From: a virus
Lineage: Duplodnaviria > Caudoviricetes
Virus record (IMG/VR): IMGVR_UViG_2786546905_000002
Span: 1-64,000 of that record
Reading direction: 5' to 3' (one strand)
DNA: 64,000 bases
This document shows positions 33,821-42,200 of the stretch, one piece after another (position 1 is the first letter of the stretch; the number at the start of each line of letters is the position of its first letter). The position numbers and the translations under genes are program-made. The notes under the pieces are model-generated. The model did no database searches and had not been told where the DNA came from. It saw only the letters and a program-made list of their open reading frames with translations.

Positions 33821-36800
33821 TTATACTTCTATGAAGTTTTGAGAAACAAAGGCACCGTGTTTCTTTGCTCCGCATTCGTCATCATACTCTACACCATTGC
33901 TGTAAGAGTGAATCAAAGGCACATGGTCACAACCGTTTAAGATATCCTCCAGTGGCATTTCTGACCCGTCCATAGCTTCTACGCGTGGCTTATAGAATGA
34001 CTGTTTCGTGTTGGTGATTGTTGAGTAATACAGATAAGAGCGTGCGCGGCCCTTAACGGCATTCGCACCCCAACGATAAGGCGTCAGACCCGACTGAATC
34101 TTGGTACCGTCAGCTTTATAAATACCATCGTCTGTAAATGTCTCTGCAGTGGTACCCGCTGGATAGACGTAAGCCACCAGCAACATCCAATCATTGTCGT
34201 GGCCACTTGGAACGGCACCAGCATAGAAATATGGATTTCCGTTTGCGCTGCCGCCTAGACTCTCTAGTGCGGTTTTATTTGCACTATCAAGACCGTAGCA
34301 ACCCCAGTACATCGAACCATTGCCCGTAACGTCGCGCTTTATCCAAATGCAGTAACGATAGGCTTTAGTCTTATCGATAGGGAATGATGAGCTATTAAAG
34401 CCACCGTCTGAATCACTGCTCGCGCTATTGCTTGGCGTTTGCCACATCACATCCATTTCGCCTTGCGGGTTCTCATCAATAACGATGTTATTCTCTTCGG
34501 CCCCACCATTGCGACCAAAACCAACCGCCGACGTATCACCAATACGCCACGTTGAATAGTCAAGTAATGTAGGTTTAAAGTTGTTCTCAATGATCGCTCT
34601 TGAGCTCACGATGCCCTGCTTGTTTATGTTGGTGTGCTCTTTACCCTCACTGATTTCAAAGCCATTGCGAAGAACGTAGAGTTCTACGTGACGCACCGTT
34701 GTAGGTGTGCTCGGCGCTAGAGCTGGGATACCTAGCCCATGAGTCACCTTAGAGCCAAGGGCGTAATACCAGTTTGTGGAATACGTACAAGCCTCTGCGA
34801 TACAACTAGTGGGAGAATCCGATAACTTCATTGCCCCAAAGCGTGACTTATCTTTACCAGCTGGGAACTTAATCAGTTTAAAGCCACGGGCCGTGGATTC
34901 GTTGATGTTGTTCTGTTGCTTCCAGATAATTTCAATATCGTGCTCTGGGTATACCAGCTTAAACGTGAGTTCGTCCTGACCGTTACGATACTGTTCTAAA
35001 TCGCCTAATCGGCTGTATTTTGCATCATTAGGGTTAAGACCAACCGGCTCGAACAACTCATTTCCTGACCACCACTGCTTAGTTTGCGTTAGATCGTGGT
35101 TATACACCTTTTCCCATGGCAACTCTTTGATGCTGCTAGCGCGGAGTTCTCCAGACTTACTCAAGGATGCTGCAGTGTGATACAGCGCTTTAATGTCATC
35201 ATCAGACATAAGACCACCAGACAGCTCCCACCCTGCAATATCACCCATGAATGACTCATGGAAGTAATCTGAATAGGCGCGAGGGTGGCCACCAATGGTC
35301 CATTTGTTTGCTGGTGGATTATTAAAGGATGCGGTTTCGTGGAAGTTGTAACTACTGACCAGCTTCACACCGTCAACAAAGAGCGACACCGTTTTACTTT
35401 GATAAGAGAATCGAGCTGAAAACAAGTGCCATTCGCTGTCATTGGTGGCCAGTGGTACTGTTGGATCTTTTGTTCCCCAGCCGTGCATCTGGAAACGGTT
35501 GTTTTGAATACCGAACCACAAGTCGCCATAAATTCCAGATTCAATGAATTCTTGACTGTTATATGTGGCCAGAGGATAACGATCCCCGCTTGGCAAGGTG
35601 CCGTGACGCGCCCATACATTGAGAGTGAAGCCATCACCGTGCTTTGCGTCGGTGAAAATCATTTCTCGACCGTCATTGTTGGTCGTTTCATCACGGTTTA
35701 CGGTTGGAAAGTGGTAATAGCCGCCTCCTTTTGGCGCTGTTGAGTCCTTTTTCCAGACTGGTGCTTGGTTGAGTTTTAGCTGGCCAATAGATAACCCCCC
35801 AACAATATCCTGATTCATTAGATCGATGCTCGAAAAACCGGTGGCCCACTCTCGACGCTCCAGCTGGATCTTATCCGCGTATAGTCTAGAGCCCTCGGCG
35901 CTGTAGTTGCCATAAAAATAAATCGATAAGTTAGCTTCGATATTGACGGACGCAGGAATGTAAGTGGAATAAATGTGGTGTTCCCAAGTGTTGTTGACCT
36001 TGTTCACATGCGTTCTTTTGTGAGGCAACCATGTGCGTTTGCCATTGGTCCCGATTACGTAGAAACCTACATTGAACCCAGCCAATGAGCCCCCAGCGTT
36101 TTGCTCTACTTTTTGCATCCAAGATATAGTAATAGGATCGCCAATCTTAAAGCCCAAATCGTCAAGATTACCAAGAGAGGTGGCAGTACCTAACCAGCGC
36201 TTAGCTTGGCCATGCTTCGCATTGTCGTTGATATGAAGAATACAGTTGCCACCATCGACGCCCTGACCAGCGACACCCATGGCATGGTACCCAATGTTTG
36301 GTGAGGGTACGCCACTGTTGTAACCACCGGACCAGTTGTTAAGTGAGATAGCGTCAGCATGTAGGGTTTTATCCCATCCGTAGCTGTTTGTTGTCGACGC
36401 ACCGCCATTCAATAGCGGGTTATTAATGATATTTTCGGTAACGTTGCACTCTTCGGAGAAAGAGAAGTTAGCGATATCACCACGGGCCAATTCTTTAATC
36501 GTCTTAAGTGAAATAGCGCCATCGTACAAACGCACATCTTGGAGATGGGATTTTGCGGTGTGGTGAGCGTGAAGATTCAACGTTGTACCGGCTTTAATAG
36601 GACAGATTTCGCCTTGAACACCATAGGTACCATCAAGCTGGCCATTCAACCATACTTCAATTGTGCTGCCTTTACGGCGCACCACAACGTGAAACCATGA
36701 GTTGATAGAACCTGCTTTTGTCGCTGAAGCATTATGGCGAACAGAACCATTACCTGATTTTGCGCCATTGAACCAGTTACACCAGTAATCCGGTGCGTTG

Positions 36801-37117
36801 GTGTTAACACTGATATCGCCACGTTCGAAACGAGCCGTAGCTGCGCCACCGTCAGGTGTGTAGCTAATAATATCCCCCCAATCAACCACGCCAGACGCAT
36901 AAGATTGTCGAACCCAAAAGGCCAGCGTGGCCTCGGTACCTGATAACACCTTATCCAAGGTTTTTGACTTGGGAATAGCAAGAATGTCAGCTAAGGCCTT
37001 ATTCGATAAGACCCCGCCGACGTCAGACGGCTGAGTGGAATTGGTCGGGTGATTCCCATTACCCGACCAGTCCTTAGCGTCTTTGTGAAGTGGATACCAC
37101 GCCAACAAATTAGCCAT
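33821..37117 (-). CDS. Multi-domain LamG/concanavalin and carbohydrate-binding tail protein, 1098 aa
   Basis: LLAWYPL...D.SGNGNH start, WFHVVV.R.G.....WLNG..LQDVRLYD and W.LF...F.......FVDG LamG signatures. Confidence 0.85.
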   Translation of the reverse strand: MANLLAWYPLHKDAKDWSGNGNHPTNSTQPSDVGGVLSNKALADILAIPKSKTLDKVLSGTEATLAFWVRQSYASGVVDWGDIISYTPDGGAATARFERGDISVNTNAPDYWCNWFNGAKSGNGSVRHNASATKAGSINSWFHVVVRRKGSTIEVWLNGQLDGTYGVQGEICPIKAGTTLNLHAHHTAKSHLQDVRLYDGAISLKTIKELARGDIANFSFSEECNVTENIINNPLLNGGASTTNSYGWDKTLHADAISLNNWSGGYNSGVPSPNIGYHAMGVAGQGVDGGNCILHINDNAKHGQAKRWLGTATSLGNLDDLGFKIGDPITISWMQKVEQNAGGSLAGFNVGFYVIGTNGKRTWLPHKRTHVNKVNNTWEHHIYSTYIPASVNIEANLSIYFYGNYSAEGSRLYADKIQLERREWATGFSSIDLMNQDIVGGLSIGQLKLNQAPVWKKDSTAPKGGGYYHFPTVNRDETTNNDGREMIFTDAKHGDGFTLNVWARHGTLPSGDRYPLATYNSQEFIESGIYGDLWFGIQNNRFQMHGWGTKDPTVPLATNDSEWHLFSARFSYQSKTVSLFVDGVKLVSSYNFHETASFNNPPANKWTIGGHPRAYSDYFHESFMGDIAGWELSGGLMSDDDIKALYHTAASLSKSGELRASSIKELPWEKVYNHDLTQTKQWWSGNELFEPVGLNPNDAKYSRLGDLEQYRNGQDELTFKLVYPEHDIEIIWKQQNNINESTARGFKLIKFPAGKDKSRFGAMKLSDSPTSCIAEACTYSTNWYYALGSKVTHGLGIPALAPSTPTTVRHVELYVLRNGFEISEGKEHTNINKQGIVSSRAIIENNFKPTLLDYSTWRIGDTSAVGFGRNGGAEENNIVIDENPQGEMDVMWQTPSNSASSDSDGGFNSSSFPIDKTKAYRYCIWIKRDVTGNGSMYWGCYGLDSANKTALESLGGSANGNPYFYAGAVPSGHDNDWMLLVAYVYPAGTTAETFTDDGIYKADGTKIQSGLTPYRWGANAVKGRARSYLYYSTITNTKQSFYKPRVEAMDGSEMPLEDILNGCDHVPLIHSYSNGVEYDDECGAKKHGAFVSQNFIEV

Positions 37118-37130
37118 TAATCATTACTCC

Positions 37131-39206
37131 TTAGTGGAAAACAAAGTTGATTGATTCTGTAGCAGCATCAAACTTGATACCAGCTTTGGACGTTAAACCT
37201 ATCTCGTCGTTGAACGTCTTCTTACCGGCTACAGTCTGATTGCCAGACGTTTGCACAAATGCTGTTGAGTCTTTGCCGTCTAACTTGTTTGCGTCTGCTG
37301 CTTTCGCTGTCTTACCTAAGTAACGGCCATCACCAGTAGCTTGCGTCATCTTGCCATTAGCAAGGTTGTAAGCTGACACCGCTTTGTCGTAAGCCGTTTT
37401 GACACCTTTGGCCGTCGCATACTTCGTTGTGCTTGCATCGTTTACAGCGCTTGTTTGAGGCGCATTCACAACTGAGCTCAAACCAACATCCGATTTAGTC
37501 AAGGTTAACCATGCTTTCATGGCCGTCTTGGTCATCGCTCGGAGGAAGTTATCGTTTGAGTTGTTGTTGCGGAATACGATTGCAGCGCTTGATGATGGCG
37601 CAGAGGTTTGGTTGTCGTAAGTTGTTCGAACTAGACGAGCAGACAAATCACCAGAGCCATCACGCTGGGCGATTGTGTTACCCGATGGTGCCGTGCTTTG
37701 AACTTTACCGCCTAGCTTGGCAGAATCAGCCGCTTTGGCTGCCTTGCCTAACCACCAGCCATCACCTTGTGCTTTAGTGATCTTGCTTGCGGCAAGGTCA
37801 TACGCTGCTTTAACCGCTTTTGCACTCGCGTAGATCGTGCTCGATGTGCTCGTCACGGAATCCGTGATATTGCGGTTGTTCGGGCTGAATACGCGCTGGC
37901 CAGCTTCATAGATATTGTTGGCAACACGTAAGCCGTCTCTTTTCAGCGTCGCCTCTTCAATACCGTCAATCGTCCATTTAAAGAACTCATTGCCGTTATC
38001 AAGCGTGCCAAACTCAAGGTATGAGTTAGTATCACCGTCAGAGTCATTCTTGAACTTAATGAATGCACCGTCAGTGTTGCGCGTCCAGAAAATACCCTCA
38101 TTGTTATCAACAAACGTGATATTTCCTTTCATGGTACCGCCGTTTTTCGGCAGTGCAGCACTCGCTAAGTTATAGGCGGAGTTGCCCTTATTTAGCGCTT
38201 CGACACCTTTGTCATAAGCAGTTTTAACAGCTTTCGAACTTGCATAGACAGACGTGTTAGAGCTGTTAATCGCTTCACTAATGTTGCGGTTGTTCGGGCT
38301 GAATACGCGCTGACCTTTCTCATACAAGCCCGTTGCATTGAACTTAACGATCTCTTCGGCTCGACCGCCAACCATTCTACGGAATGAGAAGTTGGAAGCA
38401 TCGCCATCGGCATCGTTGTTGTGAGTAAAGAAGATCGAGCTGTCATCGACGTGAACCGAAACATTGTCGTCTTGGCCCGTTTGCGAATTGGAGCTTCTTT
38501 GAAAACGAAATGGAGTGCTACCAGCGCTGGTGTTGACGTTGATGCCTTTCGCGTTCAGCACAGAGGATAAGGTACCCCCGACAAGCTTGAGATAGCGACG
38601 ATCGGCGCTTGCCTGCGTCATCTTGCTTGCTGCCAAGTCATAAGCGGCCTTAACCGCTTTTGGCGTAGCCGCTAGAGCCTCGCTGGTAGAGTTAATCGCA
38701 CTTGATAGCTTAGTTGCACCAAACACACTGGTCGATGCCACCACATAGGACCACTTTGAGTTGGCTTTACTCAAGGCTTGAACTGCTTTGTCATACGCTG
38801 ACTTAACCGACCTAGCACTGCCATAGACAGTGCTTGATGGATTGTTGACGGCATCGGTGATGTTGCGGTTATTTGGGCTGTAAACACGCTGGCGGTTGCT
38901 ACCATTACCATCGAATACGGCTAGGCCCCACAAGCCATCCCCTCCCATTGCTGCTTTAGGGTTGCCATTTTCAACCCATACAGCTTGGTGGCTACCGGCC
39001 ATAGTGCCACCAGTTTTGTTATTGGTGTGTTTGTAAGCCAGTCCGTAAAGATTGCCGAAATTAGAACCGTCAGCCGCGTTTTTATATGATTCCCCCATAG
39101 ACCAGATTTGATCGGTTTTGTGAGAATCATAGACCCCCACAACACCGCGATCTCTTGCTTGAGAAATTAGAACCCCGTTGAGGTAAACGTTGTTTAGCTT
39201 TTGCAT
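37131..39206 (-). CDS. Secondary tail fibre protein, 691 aa
   Basis: Multiple fibre stalk repeats (AINSTSEALAATPKAVKAAYDLA), DGAFIKFKNDSDGDTNSYLEFGT.DNGNE.F fibre domain. Confidence 0.9.
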   Translation of the reverse strand: MQKLNNVYLNGVLISQARDRGVVGVYDSHKTDQIWSMGESYKNAADGSNFGNLYGLAYKHTNNKTGGTMAGSHQAVWVENGNPKAAMGGDGLWGLAVFDGNGSNRQRVYSPNNRNITDAVNNPSSTVYGSARSVKSAYDKAVQALSKANSKWSYVVASTSVFGATKLSSAINSTSEALAATPKAVKAAYDLAASKMTQASADRRYLKLVGGTLSSVLNAKGINVNTSAGSTPFRFQRSSNSQTGQDDNVSVHVDDSSIFFTHNNDADGDASNFSFRRMVGGRAEEIVKFNATGLYEKGQRVFSPNNRNISEAINSSNTSVYASSKAVKTAYDKGVEALNKGNSAYNLASAALPKNGGTMKGNITFVDNNEGIFWTRNTDGAFIKFKNDSDGDTNSYLEFGTLDNGNEFFKWTIDGIEEATLKRDGLRVANNIYEAGQRVFSPNNRNITDSVTSTSSTIYASAKAVKAAYDLAASKITKAQGDGWWLGKAAKAADSAKLGGKVQSTAPSGNTIAQRDGSGDLSARLVRTTYDNQTSAPSSSAAIVFRNNNSNDNFLRAMTKTAMKAWLTLTKSDVGLSSVVNAPQTSAVNDASTTKYATAKGVKTAYDKAVSAYNLANGKMTQATGDGRYLGKTAKAADANKLDGKDSTAFVQTSGNQTVAGKKTFNDEIGLTSKAGIKFDAATESINFVFH

Positions 39207-39209
39207 AAG

Positions 39210-42200
39210 TTACCCCATGATCTTTGCTAGTTTCACAGTGAAAGGCACTGCTTTGGAAAGAGATTTGTTGCACATGATTTCGACTTTCTGGTCGATTTTG
39301 TTGCCAAGCTCTGTGCGAGTTCGAAGGAAGATGTATTCGCTGTTATCCGCATGACCCATGTTGTGCAGAGGAATCTCTGATAGGTCGACTTGGTTTGTGC
39401 CGCCAGCGAACCAATAGAATTGGCCCGTGTAGCTTTGGGTGTAAGCATTCCCGCCTTTGCCAGCGCTGCTGTACTGAATGAGGATCTGGTAAACCCCGCT
39501 TCCACCTTTAAAGTCAGAATTGTTCAGTAGGCCTTTCCATGCGTTAGCGGTGAGCTGCAGCGTTTTAACCGATTCGCTATTGACGGCGAGCTGTTTGGAT
39601 TGCTTGGCATCGTCGTTAATGCCAAGGTACTTGGCGGATAGCTTTTGGCTGCCCTCAATGAAGCAGTCAGAAACCCACATACGGCCTTTTTCAGCACTAA
39701 TGTAGGCTCTGGCATCACCATCACTGGCGAAGTAAGCGCCCCAACCGATACAACCAGCATCTTTTGCCGCTTTTAGGAATCCAGCATTAGTGTGCGAGTA
39801 ACCAATACCGTACATGTTGCCAAGCGAGGTATCTGACGGTTGGTAGTTGCTACCAATCGTGTAGATAGGGTTCGTTTTACCACTGTTCTCACCCACGTTG
39901 TTGTAAGAGCCAACCATATAACCTGCAGCGTGCGCCGTTCGTCCGATGTAGCTTTGGTTTAGTACGGGGTTTCTAAACGTGGTTTGGCCGTTTATTGTGA
40001 TCTTGCCAAAATCGTTGCCGTAGTTAATTTCCAGCCCCAAAGTTGAATGACCGACAAGCGCACGTTTACCGCGACAAAGCAGATCTTGGTTGCCGTTTGT
40101 GTCCCAAAATGACTTAACAAAATTATCTAGCTTCACATGCTTAGGTTGTGCCCCAACCTCTGCTGCCGTTGGCTTATGGTGTGTGCTGTATGCTTTTGCA
40201 ACACTCACATCCACTTTTTTGCTTGATGTTGGTTTGGTGCTATCAACAATGTCGACAACACGGTTTATACGTTGCCCTTTGCCGTTCGCATCCCAAACCA
40301 TGACAGAGAACGATTGCCAGTAGCCCATTCTTGGGAACCAGAACCACAATTTGCCATCACTACCATTCATCATGGTGATCTTGTCGGTAAACTCACCACT
40401 TAAGGCCAAGGCAGATACACTCATGAAGCCGTTGTTATAGAGATAGCCTTGAGCTGTCACACTAAATGGGGGCGCACCGCTGTATGACTTTCCGGTGATC
40501 TCCATGACAAACGACGGTCCATTTTTTTCAGACGATGTGAGATCGGTTTTAATCAACGTCCCGTGCGTAAAGTCACTTTGAGAATTGAAAGGAACAATTC
40601 GAGATAGAGTGTGGCCACTAATTTTGCTCGTATCTGCTGCTCTATCTGTTTTACCTAAGTAGTAGCTATCACCTTGCGATTTGCTGAGCTTACTAGCTGC
40701 AAGGTCATAGGCCATTTTTACCGCTTTAGGTGTGGCCGCTAACGTTTCGCTGGTTGAATTGATCGCGGTCAGTAGCTTGGTTGCACCGTAAGTTGTTTTT
40801 GAAGCAACAACATAGGTCCATTTTGAGTTGGCCTTGTTTAGTGCTTCGACGCCTTTATCGTGGGCCTTTTTAACAGCTCTGGCTGTGGCAGCAAGAACTT
40901 GGCTTGTTGAGCCTACCGAGTCGGTAAGCTGAACAGCACCCTTTTGACCTGTCGTTGCATCTTTAATCCCGATAACGCGATTAGCTGATAAATCACCGCC
41001 ACCGGTTAACGGGCCGCTAACAGAGACTTTGGTGGTCTTGTTTGCTTTTTTCCCTAGCTCAGTGTTGATGGCGCCAATATCAGAGTCGTTGTCTTTGAGC
41101 GCTTCACCTAGCTCTCGGATAGTATCGAGATCCTGTTGAGTTGCGCCGCCAAGTAACTTGCTGATTTCTGCGTTGGTGTGGTTTTTAGCGTTGTTCTCTG
41201 CAGCTACGGCGCGATTGTAAGTATCACGAACGGCTTTTGAGCTGGCCACAGTTGTAGTTGAAGTGGAACTTACCGAGTTAGAGATAGACGACTTGGCCAC
41301 TTTGGCGTTAGCAGCATTTAGCGCCTCTGTACCTCGGTCGTAAGCCGTTTTTGCCCCTTTCGCTGTTGCGTACTTCGTTGTGCTCGAATCGTTTACCGCG
41401 CTCGTTTGAGGCGCGTTAACCACATGATTCAGGCCTACGTCATTCTTATTGGGCTTGTTAGCTTCGGTGTAAATCGCAGAAGCAACACCCCAAGAGGTTG
41501 AATCGTAGTCTGGCTGTAGATGGAAAATTTTCTTAGCGGTTTTGCTAAACGCAAGGGCGTTCGGCTTACCACCTGTCGCATCCGAATAGGTATCAAGAAG
41601 TAACAGATCGCTGTAACCCGAACCAGCACCTACGGTTGGCGATGATACAAAGAACGGCTTAACCGCTTTTCTTGCTGAAATCCCCGATGTTTTTGGTTGA
41701 ACATCACGATCATCTACGGCTTCTAAACGGTGCGCGTCATGTGCTTTTACCGCTGTGCTGGTCTTACCTAGTTTGGTATCAATTGCTTTCTTAATGTTAT
41801 TCAGTTCAGTAGATAAGCCGTCAATATTGCCGATAACATGGTTGTGAGAGTCATCCTTAACCGTAACCGTGATCGTTTTGTTGCCAGAACCGTCGAACGT
41901 GGTCGAACCGGTAGCGTCACCAGCAAGTGCGATAGTACGAGCCGATTGCAGTTTAGTCGCCGTCTGAGCTGCTGGGAGGCTGGCTGAAACCGTGTCCTGA
42001 ACAGTGTCAAATTGAGAGGTAATACTTACTGTCCACCCCGCGGCGTACTTGGTTGCGTCGGCTGAGTAACCAACTAGAACGTTAAACACTCCAATCTGCA
42101 GATGATTCCAAGTGCTATTTAATTCACCAATCCAAAGACAGTGACTAGTACCGTCGTTACCAAAGCGAACGCGGTAATCTTTACCTGCGCTGTTAGTCAG

